64,000 bases of DNA from Takakia lepidozioides (lineage: Eukaryota; Plantae; Bryophyta), in the NCBI GenBank assembly GCA_030704615.1, contig CM060731.1:81220001-81284000 (forward strand), written 5' to 3'. The notes under the pieces are model-generated. The model searched no databases. It was given only the letters and a program-made list of their open reading frames with translations, and was not told the origin of the DNA. The position numbers and the translations under genes were made by a program. This document shows positions 37,701 through 48,904 of the stretch, in pieces (position 1 is the stretch's first letter; the number at the start of each line of letters is the position of its first letter).

Positions 37701-40700
37701 GCGTGCAGGACAAGGTATGGTTCATATGAGTTCTTGGTGATGCCTTTTGGGCTCACCAATGCACCAGCGACATTTAGCACGCTGATGAACAGCCTTTTCC
37801 AGGAGTGGTTGGATGACTTTGTGATCGTGTACATCGACGACATCTTGGTGTACTCGAAAACAAAGGAGGAGCACCTGGAGCACCTCAAAAGGGTGTTCCA
37901 AAAATTGCGGGAAGGGAAGCTGTATGCCAAAGCTTCAAAGTGCGAATTCGGGGTCACGAAAGTGGAGTTCTTGGGGCATGTGATTACACAGGATGGGATC
38001 AAAATGGATGACAGAAAGGTGAGGGCGATCTTGGACTGGGAGCCTCCGACTTCGGTCCCGGGAGTGCGATCCTTCCTAGGACTCGCCTCCTATTACCGGA
38101 AGTATGTGAGAAATTTCGCCAAGATCGCGGGGCCGCTGTCGGACCTTCTGTGTAAATCCAAAGTCTGGGTATGGAACACATTTTGTGGCCAAGCTTTTGC
38201 TGAATTGAAGCAGCGGATGACGGAAGCTCCAGTCTTGAAAATCCCGGAGTTCGATCGTCCGTTTGAGATTCATACAGATGCATCGGACTTCGCGATTGGG
38301 GGTGTACTTATGCAAGATGGACGTCCAGTGGCTTACGAAAGTAAGAAACTGAATGAAGTGGAGCGACGGTGGCCGACGCACGAAAAAGAGATGAAGGCGG
38401 TGGTGCATTGCCTTGAGCTCTGGCGCCACTATGTTGGTTCCAACCCAGTGAAGGTGTTCACGGACAATGTCACGGTGAAGTATTTTGCCACGCAGCCCAA
38501 GTTGTCCCCAAAACAACTTAGGTGGCAAGATACTTTGGCAGTGTTCGACGTGGATATCCAGTACAAACCGGGACGGGACAATGTGGTGGCCGATGCTTTA
38601 AGTAGAAAGCAGCAGCTCTTGTTGGTGTACAAGGGCGAGACGGCGCTCCAAAGGAAGATCCGGAAGGCTTGCCGGAAGGATGAGCTGGCAAAGTCCGTGA
38701 TGCAGGACTTGAGAATGGGGGTTAAATCGCAGTTCCACTTGCAAAATGGACTGCTCCGGTATAAGCAAAAACGTCTCTACGTGCCGAAGGGAGGGATCAG
38801 AGATAGCCTCTTGAGAGAATGCCATGATAGCCGCTTGCGGGCCACGGCGGAGCCAAGCGCACTGCGGCACTCTTGAAGAAAGAGTATTTCTAGCCCAAAC
38901 TGAGGGAGGAGGCAGAGGAGTATGTCAAGACATGCACCACATGCCAACAAAACCGGAGCGAGTACAAAAAGCAAGCGGGGCTGTTACAACCCTTGCCGAT
39001 TCCAGAGGGGACTTGGGAAAGCGTCTCGATGGATTTCATGACTGCTATGCCGCTGTCAAAAGGATTCGATGCAATCATGGTGGTGGTGGATAGGTTCAGT
39101 AAAATGGGCCATTTCATCCCCACCAAGGAGACGGCAACGGCGCAGGAGACAGGGCGACTTTACTTCGCCAACGTCTTAAAACATCATGGAGTCCCGAAGG
39201 ATATTATCTCGGATCGCGATCCAAAGTTTACGAGTAAATTTTGGAGGACACTTTGGAAGAAGATGGGGACGAGGCTGAAGATGAGCACCGCCTTCCGACC
39301 TACGACGGACGGCCAAACGGAAAGAGTGAATTCCGTAGTGAAGCAATTCTTGCGGAATTACGTGTCGGCAGACCAATCAGACTGGATGGAACACTTAGAC
39401 GCGGCAGAGTTCTGTTATAATAACACAGAACACTCCGCAACGGGAGTTTCCCCTTTCGTATTGGTCTATGGAAAAGCACCTCTGGTGCCGACAAGTTGGG
39501 CCGCCCAAGACGTTGAGGAACCGGCAGTAGCGGCGGTACTGGAAGAACGCGAGCGGTTGTTGAAGCTCGCAAAGTACAACATTGCCAAAGCTAGGAAACG
39601 GTATGAAAGGCAGGCAAATCGGAAGCGGAGGGAAGTGAAGTTTGAGGCAGGCACAGAGGTCTGGTTGAACATCAAGAATTTCCGACTACCTCCGGAAGTG
39701 AGTCCGAAGTTCGTACCTCCGTATGCGGGACCCTTTCGCATTCGGAAGGTTATGAATGAGGATGTGTATGAATTGGAGCTGCCGGCAAACAGCAAGGTGC
39801 ACCCAGTATTCCATGTCTCCCTTTTGAAGCCTTATTTCAAAGATGAAGCGCGTCCGAATCGGCACCAAGTGTTGCGTCCGCCACCTATGTTGTTGGATCA
39901 TGAAAATGAACCTGAGTACGAGGTGGAGGCAATACTTAAGTCGAGGAGGTTCAGGAACCGAGAAACGGAATATCTCGTCAAATGGAAGGGCTATCATCAT
40001 GTGGAGGCATCTTGGGTGCGTGCCTCAGAAATGGGAAACACATCCGAGGCGGTTGCAGCTTTCGAAGGGCGACCTCAAAAGCGGAAGATGCGTTGATGAG
40101 GACATCAACCTTGGAGCGTGGGGGAGGAAATGCATGCTTAGCCCGACTTAGCTAGCTTAGGAATCCGATTACAAAAACTTGTATTGTACAAAAATTTGTT
40201 ATGAAGGAAATGGGTTCCAAATGTGGTGCGTCCTATTTTGTTTGGAATGGTGATGCATGGTATGGTTGGCTAGTGTGTAGAATGCATGCTAGCTTATAAA
40301 AGTGGGAGAGGTAAATTGGGTTAATCGTGTGTTTGCGTAGTGCCGAAATCGGGTGACCCCCATCCAAGGGGCAAGGAAATTGCGACTTCTTTGGGAGTTC
40401 ACGTGCTAGTGCGCACATGGCGCGTGCGCGTACTATAACTGCGCTACCGAGGGGGTTGCCTTGTAGTGCGGGCTAACGCGGAAGCTACGTGCTTCCGTTC
40501 ACGTACTATAATCGTGTAGCCTCGGGACGAAGTCGTAGTGCGGCTTCGGCGTGTTTCCGTACCTCAGGCCAGCATTCCAAGGCGGACCCAATTGTAGTGA
40601 TTGGGGCGCACGGTTGGTTCAAGGTTATCTTCCTAGTCAAAGAGGGTTCCAGGTGAACCCTTGCTCAAAGTGATGCCAAAAGCGGCATCATGAGCGATCG

Positions 40701-41713
40701 CAAGCAATGTTGTTGCAGTAAGGCGATTCGATCCTCGGGGAGGATCGTTCCTTGACCTTGAAGTAGGCCAAGAAGAGTGCACTGGGAGGAGCTGGAGAGG
40801 CTCCACCCTTGGCCGGGACTTGGAGGAAGTCGGGCGAACTAGCTAGTGGAGAGTAGAGTCAAGTGTGGGGTTTGGTTCTTTGCCATGGGACGCCATGGTA
40901 CAGAAACAAACTCCTTGATGTGGGACGCCACAACTTGGATGTTCGTTTCTACAAAATGGACAAGTCGATGAGGACATCGACTCCCTATTGGTAGGGGTGT
41001 GTGTCGCGGCCCTTTGCCTTGAGGACAGGGGGTCGGGACACATGAGGGGCTACCCCTGTGGTGGGGGCAGCGGCAGCGATAGGTACGAGGGGCTGAAGCA
41101 CCCTTGAGTGCCCAAGGCACTCAGGGAAGCGGAGGCGCTCACTAGGTGGAGCCCCGCACACCGGGATGCGGTGGGGGTGGCTCCACAAGGGGTGGTGGTA
41201 GCTTAGTGGGACTTAGTGGGGGTGGCATAGGACTCACCATGAGGGCGGAGACCTCGTGGTGGGAGTCGTGGGGAGTCTTGGGACTCATCACGGTCCATAG
41301 GGGCCGTGGTGAGCGGGCCAAGACTCACCGCGACTCACCACCGGGAATCGAGGGTCTTCGTGGTGGTTCGCCATAAAATGGCATGGCTAGTTGTGAAACC
41401 CCCGCGGACAGCTACAGAAGTATATATAGGGAGTAGTAACCCCGAGAACGGTGCAAGCCAACTAGTGAGTAAGCGAGCGAGCCAGAAAGCGACCAAAGAG
41501 TGGGGAGCTGTTCCGGACTGCCATCTACCATAGGGAATTCCACTAGGCCCAAATAGGTGGAGGGTCTTTCGGGAGAGCGAAGGGGGACCGTTATGTCCCG
41601 GTGAGCAGCCGAAGCTCCGAGTTGGCCCGGCGGCCAGGTTGGGAGTCAGGCGCGCGCATCAAAGCGAGTAACTATGACTTGAAGGGGAGCTTACCGAAGT
41701 GAGGTGCGCGACA
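34759..41713 (+). mobile_element. Chromovirus, inner copy (same family, opposite orientation)
   Basis: LTRs 34759-35485 and 41002-41713; PBS TGGTATCAGAGC at 35488-35499; PPT GGTAGGGG before 41002; TSD AGAAT at 34754-34758 and 41714-41718. Confidence 0.95.
35536..40096 (+). pseudogene. Inner chromovirus gag-pol with chromodomain
   Basis: CFNCGEPGHMAKKC, LVDTGAS, YIDD, RH, INT and chromodomain; frameshifts near 35760, 36950, 37570 and 38830, and a stop at 38891. Confidence 0.93.
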
Positions 41714-41718
41714 AGAAT

Positions 41719-42889
41719 AGTTGCCTACCTTGCAAGTCCTGGCGACCACCGCTTCCACCAAGCGACTGATGGTATCTTCCGACAGCTCCGTGGTTGCCCG
41801 AGTCATGTTCAATTGTCGAGGTTTTGTGCACTTCTTGGCCATGTGCCCGGGCTCCCCGCAATTGAAACACACTCCATCAAAGGTCGCCTTTTGTCCGCCA
41901 TAAGCCGCTCCACCCGCTTTTCCTTTCGAAGCACCGGGTGCCGCCTTGACGTGTGAAGGCCATCCCTTCGATTTCCACGTGCCATTGTCGCCGCGTGGCC
42001 TATCCCACTTCTTTTCCGGTCGGAAGGAGTCATCTTCCCGCCGGGTCTTCTTGTGGTTCAGCTCCGTACGGCCTTGTCTCTCACCCTTAGGGACATCCGA
42101 GAAACATTCAGCCCTCTCAATTGCCTCGTTCAAAGTCTTGGGTGGCTTCTCCTCCAAATTCCACCTGGCCCATGGGGCCAGTCCCGCCACAAAGTTGAAG
42201 ACCATTTCTAGTTCTGCCATGTCCGCAACTTCGAGCAACAGCACATTGAAAGCCTGGACATACCCCCAAATGTCATCTGTTTGCTTCAAATTCCTCATCT
42301 TGTCCCGGGCAAGCCAGGACGTGTTGAGGGGCACAAACTGTCTCTTCATCAATTCCTTGAACCCACTCCAATTCAAGGTTTCTGGGCTTGGACCTCGGTC
42401 GTGAAGGCGTTTCTGCCACCATTGTTGAGCATAGCCCCTCAAATAGGTGGGAGCCACTTCCACCCGATCCTCGTCACTCAACTTGGCCGCCCGGAAGTAC
42501 TGCTCTAGCTCCAAGAGCCAGGTGTTGAGTGCCTTCCGATTTTGGACGCCCTCGAAGGTGTCGGGTTCCTTAGGCTTCACCTTAAACTTTGCCTTGGTGG
42601 AAGTGGCATTAGCCGCCTTCAACACATCTTTCAACGTCCCGCCAAACTGCGCCAACAACCCTTCCCAAAAGGCTGCCGGCATGGGAGGCATCTCTTGGTT
42701 TGTCGGAGCTCTCAAGGATTCCTCGGGCTCCGACTCCTCGGATTCCTCCCGCTCTTGAGCGGCCTCGTTTTCAGAAACATGCATCGCTTCCTCAAACGGC
42801 CGCCTCGGTGACACGTCGCCCCCATCGGGCTCACCAGGATCATCATCTTTTGGGCCGTTCCGCTTTTGCTTTGGCTTGCCCGACCCCAT
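41719..42889 (-). CDS. gag: Outer chromovirus gag (open frame, cut at the gag/PR junction)
   Basis: ORF 41672-42943, near-identical to the inner gag, with a CCHC knuckle. Confidence 0.88.
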
Positions 42890-43673
42890 GATGAGGCCAA
42901 TCCCAAGGACGATCACGTACTGAACTCTATGCTCTGATACCAAGTGTCGCGCACCTCACTTTGGTAAGCTCCCCTTCAAGTCATAGTTGCTAGCTTGATG
43001 CGCGCGCCTAACTCCCAACCTGGCCGCCGGACCAACTTGGAGCTTCGGCTGCTCACCGGGGCATAACGGTCCCCCTTTGATCTCCCAAAGAACCCTCCAC
43101 CGATTTGGAACCAGCGGGAATTCCCTTTGGTAGTTGGCAGTCCGGAACAGCTCCCCACTCTTTGGTCGCTTTTCGGCTCGCTCACTTACTCACTAGTTTT
43201 TGGTCACCAACGGGCTTGCACCGTTCTCGGGGTTACTACTCCCATTATATATACTTCTGTAGCTGTCTGCGGGGGTTTCACAACCAGCCATGCCATTTTA
43301 TGGCGAACCACCACGAAAACCCTTGACTCCCGGTGATGAGTCGCGGTGAGTCTTGGCCCACTCACCACGGCCCCTATGGACCGTGATGAGTCCCAAGACT
43401 CCCCACGACTCCCACCACGAGGTCTCCGCCCCCATGGTGAGTCCTATGCCACCCCCACTAAGTCCCGCTAAGTTACCACCACCCCTTGTGGAGCCACCCC
43501 CACCGCAACCCGGTGTGCGGGGCTCCACCTAGTGAGCGCCTCCGCCTCCTTGAGTGCCTTGGGCACTCAAGGGTGCTTCAGCCCCCCCATACCTATCGCT
43601 GCCGCTGCCCCCACCACAGGGGCAGCCCCTCATGTGTCCCGACCCCCTGTCCTCAAGGCAAAGGGCCGCGACA

Positions 43674-46304
43674 TCCTTTGTGTGTCGCATGGGTAAGTAC
43701 CAATATGAGACCATGCCTTTTGGTTTGTGCAATGCCACCTCTATTTTCCAACGCCCCATGGACATTGTCTTAGGCAATCTTCGCTGGGAGTGTGCTTTAA
43801 TTTATGTTGATGATATCAATGTTTACTCAGCCAGCTTTGATGCTCACTTAGCTGATGTGCAGCGTGTCTTCAGCAAATTACGCATTGCAGGCCTTAAAGT
43901 AAAGCCCAAGAAATGTGAATTATTCATGCCTGAGCTCCACTTCCTTGGTCATGTTCTGTCCAAAGATGGTTTGCTTCCTAATCCTGCCAAGCTTGAGTCT
44001 GTTTGGGGCTTTCCTATCCCCAGGGATAAACATTGTATCAAATCCTTCCTTGGTCTGGCTTCTTATTACTGGCGCTTCATAAAGAACTTTGCTAAGCTTG
44101 CTCACCCTCTGACCAAGGTGTTGTGCAAAGATGCCAGGTTTGAATGGACCTTCTCCCAGCAGGCTGCCTTTGACATCCTTTGCAAGGCTTTGTGTTCAAC
44201 TCCCATCCTGATGTTTCTCAACTTTGAATTACCTTTCTTGCTTCAGACTGATGCAACTGATGTTGTCATCTCTGCAATCTTATGTCAAGTAGTAGAAGGC
44301 AAGGAGCATGTCATAGCTTATGCATCTCGTCGTCTAGATCGTCATGAAATGAATTATTCCATATTTGACAAGGAAGGCCTAGCCCTAGTCTTTGGTGTGA
44401 AGTATTTTAGGCAATATTTACATGGCAGCCGGTTTGTGGTAGAGACTGATCATCTTCCACTAAAGGCTCTTGTTAAGCCAAAAGAACTTCATGACAGACT
44501 TGCTAGATGGGCTATGTACCTGCAAGAATTTGACATGGATATAGTCTACAAGAAGGGCAAAGAAAACACGAATGCTGATGCACTCACACGGGTTGATCCT
44601 CCTGTCAGCAGGCCTATGCTCACCTTGGATGACCTGGTTGCTGTTGATGCTGCCCCTCCTCCTGATCCTGCCCCTCTTCTCAACCTTCTTTGTGCAGATC
44701 AACAACCTTTGGTCCTGGATTCCCATGGCTTACTGTCTGCTTGGGGCTGGTCTAGCCTATTAGATGATCCTGGCTGATTTATTCGTGTGTTAGCATGTGT
44801 GGTGGAGCTATCGCTTCGCGAGAATTCGGACAAGTTTGGTGGAAGTTCCCTGATTGTGTTTTAGTCCTTCTCTTTCCTAGGCCCCCGAGTTTGTTGTGTT
44901 TCGGCTACTGCACTCCGGTGTGACTATTGGCTTAAGCCTCAAGGCTTGATTTGGCTGTCCATGAGTAGTAACAAATGAGGTGAAGGTATCCCTGGCTAGA
45001 AATCATAGGTGCAGGCACTCCAGACCACCTTCTTTAAAACCCATTGTCTACCTCTTATGTGCAGTGCAGTCATAGATGATCAGCTACATGATGCGCTACT
45101 CCAGCAATGCCAATCCGGGCGTTCGCCAGCTGGCCTTTCCGAGTTCTTGCGTAAACAAATTCTCTATCATGTGTCTACTCACCGTTTTATGGGTGATAAG
45201 CTTTTCAAGGAGCTCACTAGAGGAGAAGTGTCATGCTACTTGGAGGTGCCACCAGGGAGCCAACTGAATGCTTTATTGGAGCGTTTCCATTGTTCCTTAT
45301 ATGCAGGTCACCTTGGCATCAAGAAAACTGTGGCCCGCATCCAAGAGGTATACTGTTGGCTGGGAATTCACCGAGACGTCACCGAGTTCATCTCTAAGTG
45401 TGAAGGTTGTCGTGCTAACATTGCTCTCCTTAGGGCCCGGATCTTGTATGAGCTGCAGCCTTTGCCTGTCACCCATGCTTTTGCTCGTGTTGGCATTGAC
45501 TTAGTAGGACCCCTTGCACTCACATCAAAGGGTCGAAGCTACCTTTGTGTTGCTACCAACTACTTGACTTAGTGGGTAGAAGTCCGGCCTTTGCGTTCCA
45601 AGGCTAGTGATGATGTAGCTCAGTTCTTCTTCAATGAGATCCTTATGCGGCATGGGTGTCCTCGGGAGATACTAACGGATCAGGGCAAAGAGTTTTGTAA
45701 CCAGCTCTTCACGGTGGTTTGCTTCAACTTTGGTGTCAAGCATTCCACCACCGCCCCATACCATCCCCAGACCAATGGCCTTACGGAACGCTTCAACCAA
45801 ACACTTTGCCGAATGTTGTAGAAGAATGGCGCACTTACTAGGGAGTGGGATACCTTTCTTCCCCCTATTCTCTTTGCTTATCGCACCGCCATGCATGCTA
45901 GCACCAAGAAGACTCCTTTTGAGTAGTTGTATGGTCGCAAGTGTGTCTCTCCTTTGCATTCTACCCCTCTTATCTCTACTGTTGCTGATCCGGTTGATCT
46001 TGAGACCTTTGTTGAAGATCTTCATGCTCGCCATGCGGTGTCTATCCATGATGCCAAGACGAACATTGGTAAGGCTCAACTAACCCAAGCCCGTAATTTT
46101 AACAAGCGTGTCAAGTATTCTAACCTGTTTCAGGTGGGACAGACCGCGTGCGTTCGATTACAGCATGGCAAGCATGCATGCAAATCTAAGCTCAAGATCG
46201 ACGGTCCATACTTGATCTATCAGATTTTACGTGGGCGACGTGCTCTTCTTCTTCCCCAATGCTGTTTCCTTGACGGACTTGGTGCACTCCAAACTAGTTT
46301 TTGA
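43674..46304 (+). pseudogene. pol: RT C-terminal half, RNase H and integrase of the dUTPase-type element
   Basis: MPFGLCNA, YVDD, LQTDAT, ETDHLPL, HCSLYAGHLG..CEGC, YHPQTNGLTERFN. Confidence 0.9.
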
Positions 46305-48509
46305 TCTCACGTGTATCAATGTGGAGGGGCGCACGGTGGGGTGATATCTGGATCTTTTTAGCGATCTACTTCAGCTTACTTCACCTCTCTTCTCAGCAGC
46401 TTACTCTTAGTTTGCGGCTGATGCCTCTTAGGGTCCTCGGACTTGGCCTCTCTAGGACTTCGAACATTTTATGACATCTCACCATTTGTACTCCCTGCAC
46501 GGTTTTCCTAGCCAAGGATTTTGTCCTCGGCCCAACTTGCAGGTACCAGGTTTTCTCTTAGTAGGTTTTTTCACCCAGCAGTGGAGGGTGCTATATTTTT
46601 CATTATTTGTTTTCCTTCGCGGAGCTCAGGATTTTTTGTGGGGGGTAGGCTTCACAGATGTAAAGCCCCATATTTGCTTACGCCTGGAAATAACCCGTTT
46701 CATCCAAAACGGCGATACACATTCAAAGTATATTTTTTTGGCGTATAAAGCCTTTAATCCGTTACAATGATGTTTAGGTTAGGGTTAGTTTAGGCTGGTG
46801 GCTTGATCATGGCCCTTCATTAGATCTAGGGCTGCAAGGCAGCACTGTGGACTTGGGTCTATAAAGCCTCGCCACGCGGCGGGCCACTACGGTTAGGGTT
46901 TTTGTATAAAGACGGCGCCCTGACATAAGGTCAGGGCGGTGTACTCAGGTGTTGGTGTACATGTGATTTTGGGTGTACAAGTTTTTGGATGAGAGCTGCT
47001 TAGTGTCTGATTCGTGTGTTTGATCCTCCTCTCGCGCGCTGCTTGCTCTTTCCGCTCGCCCCTTTGTTGTGCAGCTTCGCTTCTTGAGAGGAAAGGAGTA
47101 TATGCTTCAGGCTTGTTTTAAGGCTTCACATGGCATTGTACATATTCTCATGATGTACTTTGTATTCATTCAATTCACCAATTGATATTGTGAATATTTT
47201 TTCTTGCTGCTCATCTTTCACGACTTTGCATATGTGATTTGAACACACTTAAGCACATGTGGACCAAGGATGATCTTGAATCAAGTTCATTCAATCGGTC
47301 ATTCAAGTGATGAACGCAGCTACGTGTTGTAGAGACGGAAAATTATGTTTCGTCTGCATATGATTTTTTTTTTAATTCCATTCTCAAGCCATATATTCTA
47401 ATGACAGTGTGTGCAATGTGCGTGCAAAATTTGGTAGTGAACAAAAGTCATTTGCAAAACCATATTTTATTCCCCTCATTTGCACTCCAAAGTTGGGTTC
47501 TTTTCAACTTCATGCACTACGCATAAAGAGTTCTATAAATGTGAGTGAAGAAAACATTTTATTTATTTTTTATTTTTTTGTCCAATCTTTTGCATGGATG
47601 TAGTGGTGCAATTGTTGAATTCACAGAACAAAATAGAGCCAAAAATAAAATCATTATGTAGCCAAAATCCACAATCCTAGATATTATAAATCCAATTTAT
47701 ATCTATTTAAATTTCATTTTAATTCCTTAATTCAGAATTGGCCCGTCGCTTTCATAAAGCGACCATCTGGGAGTCGCTTCTCCTGATCCGACCTCTGGGA
47801 GTCCTAAAAGCGACGCCCTGGGCGTCGTTGTGAAGTCGTAATATAGTTTTTAGGAACCGATCAGTCGCTTAATATAAGCGACCCCGATGTTCATCCATAA
47901 TGTTGATAAACATTTTCCATGCTTGATTCTTAACTTCAATATCTACCTATATCAACCGTCGAATTGTCAATCAAATAAAATGTCCAAGAGGTATGGACTT
48001 TTGAACACGACAACTGTGGACTATTACCGCTTCAAATGGAAATACATGGACTCAAAATAAGCCATTGTGTCTTTGGTGTATTGCTTTGAAATTTTAAAAG
48101 GTAAGGAGGCCAATTTAGAGAACATTCTAGATTTCAATTTAAAATGACAATATCAGGTGTAATTTACTACCTATGGACTAATATGAGTGTTATATATAAG
48201 TGGATCTGTTCTAGTTTAGTACAACTTGTATTTTGGGCTTTTGAGGTGTCATATCCTACTGCAAATGATACAAAAATATAAGCTACAATGGCTTGGTTGT
48301 ATATGGACAAATTGATGTAAATTCTAATTTTTGATATATGAAATCTTATTCAAATTAAAGACTAAAATTTATAGTAAACATTATCTTTGATGTTTGGAGT
48401 AAGACCGTTTACTAAAAATGTTAAATATACCATTGTGTAGCATCATTTGAAATTATTGGGGGGAGTATCGTCAACTTTAAGTTTGGTCATGGACTTCTAT
48501 GGAAGGCAA

Positions 48510-48700
48510 CATCTGCCTGAGACCAAATCTCTTTTAGCCATGCTGTTTAACACTTGACTAACATCCTTCATGCCCCCGCATTTGGCATACATGTCTACAA
48601 GGGCATTCTCCAAATTGATGTATGGGACAATTCCAGCTTTCATAATATCAGCATGGACCTCTTTGTCTTTCTTCAGGGCTCCTAGGCTGGCATAAGCATT
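48510..48700 (-). pseudogene. PLS-class pentatricopeptide repeat gene fragment
   Basis: AYASLGALKKDKEVHADIMKAG...LENALVDMYAKCGGMKDVSQVLNSMAKRDLVS matches the L-S motif pattern. Confidence 0.85.
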
Positions 48701-48904
48701 GTCCCTTCCCCGCGCTGCAAAACACCTCTCCCGGTTATTTTCGGGCATTTTGGGCAGGGAAAACGACGATGAGGAGAGAGCTTGGTGGACGATTCACGGA
48801 GTCGGGCGGTCAACATATATATGGATTACAAAATGTTAAGCAGACATCGTTGCACGGGAATTCCGGACTGAAACGACCACTTCCATAAACTCGTCAAGCT
48901 GAAG

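Larger units (their letters stand above)
29739..43673 (-). mobile_element. Chromovirus (Tcn1-like Ty3/Gypsy), outer copy
   Basis: LTRs 42945-43673 and 29739-30464 (TG..CA); tRNA-iMet PBS TGGTATCAGAGC at 42931-42942; TSD TCCTT at 29734-29738 and 43674-43678; gag 41719-42889; pol 31368-34753. Confidence 0.95.
25907..47130 (+). mobile_element. Ty3/Gypsy retrotransposon with a dUTPase-like domain, interrupted in RT by nested chromoviruses
   Basis: Terminal repeats 25907-26361 and 46659-47120; PBS TGGTGGAGACGCCGGG (tRNA-Ala type, 26362-26377); gag to 28135; PR VVDTGC; RT split at 29738/43674; RH; INT (GIDLVGP, TDQGKEF, GLTERFN); G-run PPT at 46638-46646. No matching TSD. Confidence 0.9.

Noticed and set aside
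29739-43673. Giant inverted repeat as an assembly artefact
   Set aside because: Both elements have their own TSDs and distinct LTR variants.
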